Under the pieces are notes generated by a model. It saw only the letters and a program-made list of their open reading frames with translations, did no database searches and was not told where the DNA came from. Source: Pedosphaera sp. (GTDB taxonomy: Bacteria; Verrucomicrobiota; Verrucomicrobiia; Limisphaerales; DSYF01). From it: DNA of 64,000 nucleotides. A program made the translations under genes and the position numbers. The stretch spans positions 2,835 to 66,834 of the forward strand of contig JAFMIZ010000005.1 in NCBI GenBank assembly GCA_017853715.1, given 5' to 3'. Shown one piece after another: positions 40,781 through 49,128 of this stretch. Numbering within the stretch: the first letter of the stretch is position 1; every line of letters begins with the position of its first letter.

Positions 40781-41365
40781 TCACTTGCGGAGCATTTGAT
40801 CCAGCTCGCTGAAGGCGTTGGTGTCACCTGCGTATTTGAGGATTAACTTCTGAAGTTTCGGTGTATTGGCAGTGAGGATCACCCGACCAGGCTTATTTTC
40901 AACTACGTTGCGATCCACCCACAAGTGCTCAATGGCCGAAGGGTCGCGCTCAACGAGTTTCTCCAGCCACTTGTAATCCATGATGGAAAGCGTGAGTCCG
41001 CTTGCATCCAGCCTATGCACTTGCAACAGGTAGTGAGGCGGAATCAGGTCGTCTTTGCGCGCAGTGGGTTCAGCGTCTATGAACCGGCGGCCCTTGAGCT
41101 TAAAAAGATGAACCAGATAACCTTGCGACTCTTCGCCATCATGAATCACGAGTGAATAGGCTTGCCCATTGGTGCGGGCGAATTGCCAATACTTTTCAGG
41201 TTCGGCTGCATCGTCAGGGTCAGCCCATTTGCCGACCAGCAGCTCATCAACCACCACATCTTTGGCGGTGAAATAAGGATAAACCGAGGTCACAACGCAT
41301 CCTGCCAGAAGCAACAATCCCGCGACCAACAGCAGACCAGTTAAAACTTTGATTGGATTTTTCAT
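40781..41365 (-). CDS. lipoprotein, unknown function
   Basis: Lipobox MKNPIKVLTGLLLVAGLLLLAGC. No family recognised. Alternative upstream starts are ATG 41386 or TTG 41404, which overlaps the radical-SAM stop. Confidence 0.6.
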   Translation of the reverse strand: MKNPIKVLTGLLLVAGLLLLAGCVVTSVYPYFTAKDVVVDELLVGKWADPDDAAEPEKYWQFARTNGQAYSLVIHDGEESQGYLVHLFKLKGRRFIDAEPTARKDDLIPPHYLLQVHRLDASGLTLSIMDYKWLEKLVERDPSAIEHLWVDRNVVENKPGRVILTANTPKLQKLILKYAGDTNAFSELDQMLRK

Positions 41366-41400
41366 GTCAGATTGATGTTCCCGCATCAACTTACGCCATT

Positions 41401-42756
41401 TCAAGCTGCCAACAACTCCGTTTTGCAGGGAGTTGGACGATGAAGGTTTGGTGAGCGGCGCAAACGGCGCTTGAATTCACGGCGGCGCCGATGGGTTTCT
41501 TCTGCCGAGTAAAGCTCCTTCACCAGCTTGAGAAATCCGGATTGCAGTTGCTCGACAGTCATATTTCGAGGGCGAAAATTGATGTCAAACAACGTGCAAA
41601 GATCCCACGCGCCGGGCTGGATGATCCGACTCTCGCGCAGCAATCGTGCATAAAGCGGTGTGCCCGGGAAGGCTGTCTGAAAAGTCACCTGCACTTCATA
41701 AAGTCCCGACTCACGGACAAAGCCAAGCACGTCATCAAAAATGTCGAGCGTATCGGCATCGAGGCCAAGGATGAAGCACCCATTCACCGTGATGCCATAG
41801 GATTGAATCTTGGCGATGGCTGCCGCGTAATGATCCTGCTGCCGTGCCTTCCAGTTCGAGTTGAGGTCCATGCCCTCCAAACTGCGACGGCGCGGACTTT
41901 CCAGACCGATCAGCACCTGTTGGCAACCAGAGTCGCGCATCAAGCCAAGCAATTCATCATCCTCGGCGATCTTCACATCCGCTTCGGTGAACCAGCGCAG
42001 CTGCTCGGGTATCAAGGCGCGCAACAGGCGCTTGCTGTGTTCGCGATTTACAAAGGAATTGTCATCTGCAAATTCGATGAAGGGCCGAGGCCAGATACGC
42101 TTGATGGCGTGAATCTCCGCAAGGATTTTCTCCACGGGCTTCACCTTGTATCGGGAGGTCAACAGAATCGAACTCGCACAAAACTCACAGCGATGCGGAC
42201 AACCTCTGCTTGTTTGAACTGTGATGCGATTGTATTTGTCGGGATCCAGCAGATCGAATTGTGGCATGGGTGCGGCGCTCAGATCGAACTGTCCAGGCTG
42301 TGATTGCACGTAGCGTGGCCTGAGCACGCCCCGGTCGAAATCCCTCAACACGTCCAACCACAGCGGTTCCCCTTCGCCGATGACTACACTGGTGCAGTGT
42401 TGCAACGCTTCGTCCACGAGGGACGAGACGGTGATTCCGCCCATGACCACTGGCACACCACGACGGCGGTAGTGGTCGGCTACAGCCAGAGCCTCGTTGA
42501 ACTGCGCCGTGAACGTGCTGATAGCGACCAGGTCCAAATCATCGGGAAAACCAGACTGCTTTACGTCCGTGATCTCATGATACGCCACGGCGAAGTTGGA
42601 TGGCGTAATACCGGCTAACGTCAGCAAGCCCAAACTCGGCAGCGAAGCAATGATGCGGTTACGATCCACGAAGCCGGGCAAGGTCAGCCCCAGCTGCGTC
42701 AGCTCGGCGTTGTGCGCACGCACGCCGCTCATGGCGATGAATCCAATCTTTTTCAT
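41401..42756 (-). CDS. B12-binding-domain radical SAM protein, unassigned subfamily
   Basis: N-terminal Rossmann-like B12 domain (KIGFIAMSG...VAISTFTAQ...VVMGGI). Cluster motif SRGCPHRCEFCAS. About 450 aa. ATG 42756 overlaps the upstream stop (ATGA). Confidence 0.85.
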   Translation of the reverse strand: MKKIGFIAMSGVRAHNAELTQLGLTLPGFVDRNRIIASLPSLGLLTLAGITPSNFAVAYHEITDVKQSGFPDDLDLVAISTFTAQFNEALAVADHYRRRGVPVVMGGITVSSLVDEALQHCTSVVIGEGEPLWLDVLRDFDRGVLRPRYVQSQPGQFDLSAAPMPQFDLLDPDKYNRITVQTSRGCPHRCEFCASSILLTSRYKVKPVEKILAEIHAIKRIWPRPFIEFADDNSFVNREHSKRLLRALIPEQLRWFTEADVKIAEDDELLGLMRDSGCQQVLIGLESPRRRSLEGMDLNSNWKARQQDHYAAAIAKIQSYGITVNGCFILGLDADTLDIFDDVLGFVRESGLYEVQVTFQTAFPGTPLYARLLRESRIIQPGAWDLCTLFDINFRPRNMTVEQLQSGFLKLVKELYSAEETHRRRREFKRRLRRSPNLHRPTPCKTELLAA

Positions 42757-43160
42757 AATTTGATCACTTTCCAAAGCGTCGCCGCTGCGCCAGTGATTAG
42801 GCCGAAAACGGGAAGGCCAAAGGTGAGTTTGAATTTCGGGCTCTGCGCCATGAGCACACAACACATCGGCATGGAGACAGCCCCTAGGGCAAAGGCCCAC
42901 GACGCCACGTTCAGCATGGTTCCTCCCCAATCAAGAAGTGACGCCGTGAGCCAAAAAGCGAAGTTGACCAAACCAGTCCCAAAAAAAGCGATGTGTGCCA
43001 AGCGGTAGAGTCGGCGCTTGAAACTGCCGTAGCCCCCGAGCCAATCCTCACGATGGAAGAAGAGCCCGAGGGCGAAGCCGGAGAGAAACCCCAGCAGAAT
43101 CCACAACCAGGCCAGAGCGAGGTTCAAGTAGGCGGGAGTGATGGCAGCGCTGTTGTTCAC
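42753..43160 (-). CDS. small integral membrane protein (about 4 TM), unknown function
   Basis: Four hydrophobic segments (LALAWLWILLGFLSGFALGLFF, IAFFGTGLVNFAFWL, VASWAFALGAVSMPMCCVLM, LPVFGLITGAAATLW). First gene of the operon that contains the radical-SAM gene. Confidence 0.6.
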   Translation of the reverse strand: MNNSAAITPAYLNLALAWLWILLGFLSGFALGLFFHREDWLGGYGSFKRRLYRLAHIAFFGTGLVNFAFWLTASLLDWGGTMLNVASWAFALGAVSMPMCCVLMAQSPKFKLTFGLPVFGLITGAAATLWKVIKL

Positions 43161-43245
43161 GCCACCAACCTACGGCTGCCGGCGAAACAGCGTTAATTGA
43201 TAAACGCACGACGCCCATTGACCAAAATGATGCCAGCCCGCGTGA

Positions 43246-43273
43246 TTGACTTATCGGGCGCAGAACTTAGGAT
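43246..43273 (+). promoter_or_regulatory. candidate sigma70-type promoter for tRNA-Glu
   Basis: TTGACT (43246-51), a 16-nt spacer, then TAGGAT (43268-73), about 22 nt upstream of the mature tRNA 5' end. Confidence 0.35.
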
Positions 43274-43294
43274 ACTGCCCGCTTCGGTCCGGCT

Positions 43295-43369
43295 GGCGCG
43301 CTCGTCTATCGGCTAGGACACGGCCCTCTCAAGGCTGAAAGACGGGTTCGATTCCCGTGCGCGCTACCA
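43295..43369 (+). tRNA. tRNA-Glu (anticodon CUC), CCA encoded
   Basis: Manually folded cloverleaf. Acceptor GGCGCGC/GCGCGCT (G1-U72). D arm GTCT-atcggcta-GGAC. Anticodon arm CGGCC-cuCUCaa-GGCTG. T arm ACGGG-ttcgatt-CCCGT. Ends A-CCA. 75 nt. Confidence 0.85.
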
Positions 43370-43371
43370 AA
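43343..43371 (+). repeat. direct repeat, left copy (3' end of tRNA-Glu; att-like)
   Basis: cgggttcgattcccgtgcgcgctaccaaa. It is 27/29 identical to 49055-49083 and shares a 20-nt perfect core, ttcccgtgcgcgctaccaaa. Confidence 0.9.
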
Positions 43372-43474
43372 CCTCGATTCCAACCAATAGAATCAGGCAC
43401 TCCCTCCACTTTCGGAATTTGAAACACCACAAAGTGAGAATAAAATTGAGAATTTCAGGCCGAATTCCGAGCTG

Positions 43475-43487
43475 ATTTCACTGAAAT
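43475..43487. promoter_or_regulatory. perfect 6-1-6 palindrome ATTTCA-c-TGAAAT within a GAA(A)TT-rich AT-rich spacer upstream of the LuxR-solo gene
   Basis: Read directly from the sequence. GAATTT/GAAATT-type motifs also occur at 43415, 43450, 43462 and 43483. Confidence 0.3.
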
Positions 43488-43534
43488 TCCAGCCCTTTCC
43501 CTTTCGATTTCGGCAGTTCACGTTACCAGAACGT

Positions 43535-43768
43535 GTGGCAACCCTGCTTGAGAAGCGCCGTCGAAATGCTGACATCAGTCCCCGCGAAATGGAGGTATTG
43601 AACTTGTTGGCCAAAGGACGCAGCAACAAAGGAATCTGTTCCGAACTGAATGTCTCGGAAGACACGGTAAAACATAATTTTCGCACCATCTTTTCCAAGC
43701 TCCAGGTTCGCGGTCGCACTGAAGCCGTGGTCAGCGCAATCCGACACGGAATCGTGCACTTGGACTAG
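43535..43768 (+). CDS. stand-alone LuxR/GerE-type HTH transcriptional regulator (77 aa)
   Basis: ISPREMEVLNLLAKGRSNKGICSELNVSEDTVKHNFRTIFSKLQVRGRTEAV. GTG start; the upstream open frame has no ATG and no receiver or autoinducer domain. Confidence 0.7.
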   Translation: MATLLEKRRRNADISPREMEVLNLLAKGRSNKGICSELNVSEDTVKHNFRTIFSKLQVRGRTEAVVSAIRHGIVHLD

Positions 43769-43937
43769 CGGGGTTCGGGGAAAACCATGGCCGTTCCACA
43801 GTCATGGAATCAGGCAAAGCGGAAGCCCTGTCCTGACCAATGCAAACAAGCCGCATTGCTGCGCCGCCAATTAAGGCTCCGCCTTTGCTTTCACCGCGCT
43901 GGAATACGCCGCTCGGGATTCTTCCAGGAGACCCATT

Positions 43938-45497
43938 CTACCAATCATCCGTGCGGAATGGCGAGGCAGGCAAGCCCGCGCCGTTGTAGAGATTGCAATT
44001 CGGATTGTCCGACCATGCATAACGCGCCGCCACCGGCGCTGTGACCTCCGGGCTGGAGATGATGACTTGGTCGTCCCGAATTTGCGCCATTGCCCGCACC
44101 CATTTGCCATCCTTGCCAGCAATCTCAAACTCTCTCAACTCGCCGTCCTTGGCGACCAGCCCGCCATCAGTATGCTGGAATGAAACTGTGATGCGACTGC
44201 CGTCAATCCTGCGTCTCGCCGGGAGCGGACCAGAGTAAGGAATGTTCTCGCCATAAACCTTGGCCCGCGCCCAAAGCGCCAGCCGATGCCCCACGGCTTG
44301 TTTGTTTTGAGGATGAATGTTCTTCGGGTCGCCGACATCCATGGTGATGGCCATACCAGTGTTGGTCACGGAAAGAGACTTCAACATGCCATTGCGGATG
44401 ATGGGCCAACCTTGGGATGCGCTAACTTTCGCGTTCGGCTGAAAGTTCGGCAATTGCACCCATGCCAACGAAAAGTCGCCTAAGCCCCATCGCTCGCGCC
44501 AGTCTTTAATCAGGAGGGGAAGTTGCTTGGCATACAAACGCGGAAAAGCCGAACCGGCATTATTTTCACCCTGATACCAGATAGCCCCGCGAATCCCATA
44601 AGGAATGATTGGGGCGATCATCCCATTGAACAGGTTCGCAGGGTAATTCTTGTCCAAACGCGGATCCCCCTTCTTTTCCGGTCGTGGCGGAAGTTTTTCG
44701 CCTGCGGCGGTGCGTCGGGCAACGGTTTTGGTCCACATTTCCAGCGCACGGACATATTCAGCCTCAGCTTTCTGTTCATCGTAGGGCACACTTAGCTTGG
44801 CTTCCCATGCCTTGAAGACCGGCGCGAACTCGGGCTTGCCTTCCATCCGCTCCATACTGGTCCATGTCTCAATCGGCGTCGCGCCCCACGATGCGTGAAT
44901 CACGCCGACGGATATTTTGAGCTTCTGATGCAAATCGCGGGCAAAGAAATAGGCTGCCGCAGAGAATCTGCCCGCTGTTTGGGGAGAACATACCACCCAT
45001 TCGCCCTCGCAATCTGTCAGCGGAGTTGCTGCGGGGCGGCGGGCCACAGTGAACATGCGAATTTGCGGGAAATCCGCTGTGGCCTTCTCCTTCCCGGCGT
45101 TCATCACATCGTTCACCGGGAGCTGCATGTTGGACTGACCGGAAGCGAGCCAGACTTCGCCCACCAGAACATCCGTGATCAAGATTGTGTTACGCCCCTT
45201 GACCGTAAGCGTAACTGGCGTGGTGGCTGAAAGTTTGTCCAGCTTAAGGCTCCATTGGCCATCAGCGTTTGCGGTCGCAGTCTTGGTTTGTCCCTCAATC
45301 TGGACAGTCACTTTCTCACCGGGGTCTGCCCAGCCCCAGACGGGAATGGAAATGTCCCGTTGCAATACCATGTGGTCAGAAAAAATAGCCGGCAATTTCA
45401 CATCGGCCCAAGCCCATGAAACCGACAGATATATTATTGGAAGCAAGAGCGAGTGATATTTCAAACTCACTCGGTAAGCGTTTTGTGGTTTTTTCAT
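43938..45497 (-). CDS. sialate O-acetylesterase-like carbohydrate esterase (SASA/DUF303), secreted
   Basis: Signal peptide, then VWLASGQSNMQLPV (GQSNM motif) and IRGAIWYQGENN. Confidence 0.75.
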   Translation of the reverse strand: MKKPQNAYRVSLKYHSLLLPIIYLSVSWAWADVKLPAIFSDHMVLQRDISIPVWGWADPGEKVTVQIEGQTKTATANADGQWSLKLDKLSATTPVTLTVKGRNTILITDVLVGEVWLASGQSNMQLPVNDVMNAGKEKATADFPQIRMFTVARRPAATPLTDCEGEWVVCSPQTAGRFSAAAYFFARDLHQKLKISVGVIHASWGATPIETWTSMERMEGKPEFAPVFKAWEAKLSVPYDEQKAEAEYVRALEMWTKTVARRTAAGEKLPPRPEKKGDPRLDKNYPANLFNGMIAPIIPYGIRGAIWYQGENNAGSAFPRLYAKQLPLLIKDWRERWGLGDFSLAWVQLPNFQPNAKVSASQGWPIIRNGMLKSLSVTNTGMAITMDVGDPKNIHPQNKQAVGHRLALWARAKVYGENIPYSGPLPARRRIDGSRITVSFQHTDGGLVAKDGELREFEIAGKDGKWVRAMAQIRDDQVIISSPEVTAPVAARYAWSDNPNCNLYNGAGLPASPFRTDDW

Positions 45498-46026
45498 GTG
45501 GCGAAATTAAAGAAGCATTTTTGCCTAAGGATCAGAGCGAAGCTAACTGCATGATGCGCCGATGGTCAATCCGCACGCACAAAAGCACTGGCTACTGGTC
45601 GGCTTGAAACTGGAAAAACACATTGTCCGGCCCGGCAGCTAACGGGCGAGTCACGCTGACCTGCTTGTTCGTTGTGCCCGTCTCGCCAACGGAAAAGCCA
45701 TTGCTGGCAGTGGTGGCACCGCCTTGGAGGCCCTCAGCAACAGTGAGCCATTCTCCAGCGGTCAGGTTCGTGGACATCTGGACTCGCAGATTAACGTTGA
45801 CGTGACTCAACTTTCTGGGCCAGTGATGCGCTAATCCAAGCGTTGGTTTGAGGTAGTTGCTTTCTGTCTCGCTTGACCATCCCGGTGGAGTTGGACCGAT
45901 TGAGATTTCACTTCTTTTGCAAAATGGTTAAGGTACTGGCAAGTCCGCAGCCCTGAACTGTCCCAGCGCTGATTTCAGCGCTTTGAGCAGCCTGGAATTC
46001 CCAGGCCAGCCATTCACAGTGATCTT

Positions 46027-47613
46027 ATGAAAATGATGAACACAGCTCTACGATACCTAGCTGTCGCTGGATTTTTGTCAGCCCTGCCGCTCCTAGCCGG
46101 GCAGGCGAAGCAGCCGAACATCTTGTTCATCTTCTCGGACGACCACGCGCTCGCGGCCATCAGTGCCTACGACGATCCCCGCAAGCTGGTCCAGACGCCA
46201 AACATTGACCGGGTTGCTCGCGAGGGGATGATTTTCAACCGCGCGATGGTTCCGAACTCCATCTGCGGTCCGAGCCGTGCGTGTGTGCTGACCGGCAAAT
46301 ACAGCCACATGAATGGGTTCTACGACAACGGGCGTTCGGTGTTTGACGGGTCGCAGCAAACTATGCCGAAGCAGCTTCAAGCTGCAGGCTACCAAACTGC
46401 ATTGGTCGGCAAGTGGCACCTGAACAGCGACCCCACTGGCTTCGATTATTGGGACATCCTTCCCGGTCAGGGCATTTACTACAATCCCCCGATGATCAGC
46501 ATGGGCAAGAAAATCAAACGCGATGGCTATGTGACTGATATCATCACTGATCTCTCGCTCGACTGGCTCAAAAAGCGTGACAAATCGAAGCCCTTCCTGC
46601 TCATGTGCCAGCAAAAAGCGCCGCATCGTGAGTGGGCCCCCAACCTGAAACACCTCGGATGGAACGGTAACCGCAAGTTCACCGAGCCGGAAACGTTGTT
46701 TGACGATTATTCCGGTCGCGGCAAAGCCGAGCGCGAGCAGGATATGACGATTGAAAAGACCTTCACACCACGCGATGCAAAGCTGGAACAACCATACGGT
46801 ATCAATGCAGAGCAGTTGAAAATCTGGAACGCATACTACGAGCCGCGCAACGAAGCGTTCCGCAGAGCCAATCTCCAAGGGAAAGACTTGGTGCGCTGGC
46901 GCTATCAGCGCTACATGCACGACTATCTCGGCTGCGTGCTGTCGGTCGACGAGAGCGTGGGCAAACTGCTGGAGTATCTTGATGAAGAGGGGCTGACCGA
47001 GAATACCATCGTCGTGTATTCCTCTGATCAGGGCTTCTACCTCGGCGAACACGGCTGGTTCGACAAGCGTTGGATCTTCGAGGAATCCCTCCGCACTCCG
47101 CTCTTGGTTCGTTGGCCCGGCAATGTGAAGCCCGGCAGCGCAAGCAAGGACATCGTTTCAAACATTGATTTCGCAAGCACGCTGCTTGAAGCCGCCGGCC
47201 AGCCGATTCCTTTCGACATTCAAGGCCGCAGCCTCGTGCCGATTCTAACCGGCAACACGCCCGCTGATTGGCGCAGAAGTTTTTACTATCACTACTACGA
47301 GCATCCCGGCGACCATAGTGTCCGCCGCCATTACGGTGTGGTTACCGACCGCTACAAGCTGGTCCACTTCTACGAAGCAGACGCGAACTACTGGGAATTG
47401 TTCGACCTGAAAACCGATCCTAGGGAGCTACTTAGCGTGTATGGCCGACCTGAATACGAGGTTGTTCAAAAGGAACTGCACGCTGAGCTGGGTCGTCTGC
47501 GCAAGCAACTCAAAGTTCCTGAAAAAGACCCGGAGATAACTTATCCGAAGCGGAACACTGAAATAAAAGCAAAATCAACCGCCCCCAAAGCAGCCAATAT
47601 TCCAGCCGCGTAA
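46027..47613 (+). CDS. Cys-type sulfatase (formylglycine-dependent), secreted
   Basis: [10 protein letters not shown] and [15 protein letters not shown] (the CxPxR formylglycine motif), plus GKWH. Has a signal peptide. Confidence 0.9.
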   Translation: MKMMNTALRYLAVAGFLSALPLLAGQAKQPNILFIFSDDHALAAISAYDDPRKLVQTPNIDRVAREGMIFNRAMVPNSICGPSRACVLTGKYSHMNGFYDNGRSVFDGSQQTMPKQLQAAGYQTALVGKWHLNSDPTGFDYWDILPGQGIYYNPPMISMGKKIKRDGYVTDIITDLSLDWLKKRDKSKPFLLMCQQKAPHREWAPNLKHLGWNGNRKFTEPETLFDDYSGRGKAEREQDMTIEKTFTPRDAKLEQPYGINAEQLKIWNAYYEPRNEAFRRANLQGKDLVRWRYQRYMHDYLGCVLSVDESVGKLLEYLDEEGLTENTIVVYSSDQGFYLGEHGWFDKRWIFEESLRTPLLVRWPGNVKPGSASKDIVSNIDFASTLLEAAGQPIPFDIQGRSLVPILTGNTPADWRRSFYYHYYEHPGDHSVRRHYGVVTDRYKLVHFYEADANYWELFDLKTDPRELLSVYGRPEYEVVQKELHAELGRLRKQLKVPEKDPEITYPKRNTEIKAKSTAPKAANIPAA

Positions 47614-47962
47614 TGTTAGCTTTACTCAACTCAGGGCGGCAAATGACTACTCTGGGTTGATACCTCCGCATTGAGGTCGCCGGCAAGCTGCCGAGCGAGC
47701 CAGTCAGAGTATGGCACGCCTTCTGGGCGTCGCCGGTTCATCCATCACATACTAGCCAATCATGATATCATGCCGCCGGAACGTTCATCTTCGCGCGGTT
47801 TTTCGTCCGCTACGCCGAAACTATTATCGTGCCGGCGGAAGTGGGCAAATACACTATCCGTCCGCACGGGGTATCAGTCGGCAAGGAATGCGCCACGTTA
47901 AAGGCTTATGTCCGCACTTGATTGATGGCGTGAGAATTTAATCCAATACCAAGAAACCATTT

Positions 47963-48901
47963 ATGCAACCCATCACCTTCAAACCACTGTACATGGAACG
48001 CGTCTGGGGCGGACGCGAACTCGAACGCGTTTACGGCCGGCAGTTGCCCAACCCCTCGCAGCCGTTCGGCGAGTCCTGGGAAATTGTGGATCGCGACAAG
48101 CATCAGTCCGTAGTGGATGAAGGTTCGCTTGCAGGTACGACCTTGCACGAACTCTGGACCAAAAAGCGCGAGGAAATCTTTGGCACAGGTTTCCGCGATC
48201 ACCCGCGCTTCCCGATTCTCATCAAGGTGCTCGATGCGCGCGATGACCTTTCAATCCAGGTTCATCCACCGGTGCATCTGGCGGACTCCCTCAAAGGTGA
48301 GCCCAAGACCGAGATGTGGTTCATCGCGGATTGCAACCCCGGCGCAAAGCTTTACGTCGGTTTGAAGAGGGGCGTCACCCGGGCAGACTTTGAAAAAGCC
48401 ATCCAAAAGGGCAGCGTGGCGGAATGCGTTCACGCGGTTCAACCCAAGCCGGGCGATTCCATCTTCATCGCTTCGGGACGCTGCCACGCCATCGGCGCGG
48501 GTTTTCTCATCCACGAAATCCAGCAGAACTCCGACACGACCTACCGCGTGTTCGATTGGAATCGCCTCGGGCTCGACGGCAAGCCGCGTGAAATGCATGT
48601 GGCGCAGTCGCTGGCCAGCATTGATTTCAACGACTTCGAACCAAGCATGGATACCCCCGAGGGCGACACGCTCGCAGCGTGCGAGTACTTCAAGACGGAC
48701 AAAAAGAACCTGGCAGCGGGCGCAACCATCGGCAATCCCATCGCGGGTCAGTTTTCAATCCTATCCGTGGTCGAGGGCGAGCTGAAAAGCAGCGCAGGAC
48801 GAAAATTCGGCAAGGGCCAATTTTTGCTCCTACCCAAGAACGCCGCTCCCCTGTCCGCCAAGTGCCCGTCAGTGGTTTTGCAAGTCACGTTACCGAGGTG
48901 A
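47963..48901 (+). CDS. manA: type I mannose-6-phosphate isomerase (short, Bacillus-type)
   Basis: KPLYMERVWGG, LSIQVHPP and GRCHAIGAGFLIHEIQQNSDTTYRVFDW (cupin metal ligands). Confidence 0.8.
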   Translation: MQPITFKPLYMERVWGGRELERVYGRQLPNPSQPFGESWEIVDRDKHQSVVDEGSLAGTTLHELWTKKREEIFGTGFRDHPRFPILIKVLDARDDLSIQVHPPVHLADSLKGEPKTEMWFIADCNPGAKLYVGLKRGVTRADFEKAIQKGSVAECVHAVQPKPGDSIFIASGRCHAIGAGFLIHEIQQNSDTTYRVFDWNRLGLDGKPREMHVAQSLASIDFNDFEPSMDTPEGDTLAACEYFKTDKKNLAAGATIGNPIAGQFSILSVVEGELKSSAGRKFGKGQFLLLPKNAAPLSAKCPSVVLQVTLPR

Positions 48902-49054
48902 TCGGAGAATGGCAGTTATCGCACAATCACAAATGAGACGGTGCTCGATATGGCATCGTGGCGCAGCTTGAGGGCAGACGGGGAGGACAAACCGACGCGC
49001 CGATGGCATCACTGGATCGGTTGCTGACGATGGTCGTGCCTGATGAGCCCAAAC

Positions 49055-49083
49055 CGGGCTCGGTTCCCGTGCGCGCTACCAAA
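49055..49083 (+). repeat. direct repeat, right copy (degenerate tRNA-Glu 3' fragment; att-like)
   Basis: cgggctcggttcccgtgcgcgctaccaaa. The T-loop is degenerate (ctcggtt) and no upstream cloverleaf could be folded. Confidence 0.85.
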
Positions 49084-49128
49084 TTTCATTGAAACACTCA
49101 AAGCGTCCCTATTGCGCACGCTCCGAAC

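Noticed and set aside
43161-43294. Cobalamin riboswitch upstream of the B12-radical-SAM operon (also considered within 56150-56300, where AGTCAGAGCTGGCC on the minus strand faintly resembles a B12 box).
   Set aside because: There is no GCCACTG/B12-box consensus and no conserved GGTG...AAGGGAA elements. The spacer is short and is better explained by the tRNA promoter.
43393-43719. 108-aa minus-strand ORF immediately downstream of the tRNA, the position where an island integrase would be expected.
   Set aside because: The translation has no tyrosine-recombinase features (no R..HxxR..Y pattern). It is Ser/Phe-rich and overlaps the LuxR-type CDS on the other strand.
47614-47962. Toxin-antitoxin or IS relic in the spacer after the sulfatase gene. 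The minus frame reads ...GRIVYLPTSAGTIIVSA* (RelE-like?) and the plus frames read ...PVRVWHA... / GTFIFARFF... (IS66 TnpB-like?).
   Set aside because: The similarities are only a few residues long and interrupted by stops, and no start codons or partner genes are present. They cannot be supported without a profile search.
48995-49083. Possible second, class-II-length (88 nt) tRNA ending in the repeated ...cccgtgcgcgctacca.
   Set aside because: Only the 3' 29 nt resemble a tRNA. The putative 5' acceptor strand (gacgcgc) mismatches, no D arm or anticodon arm can be folded, and the T-loop is ctcggtt rather than TTCRANY. It is interpreted as an att-like tRNA fragment.
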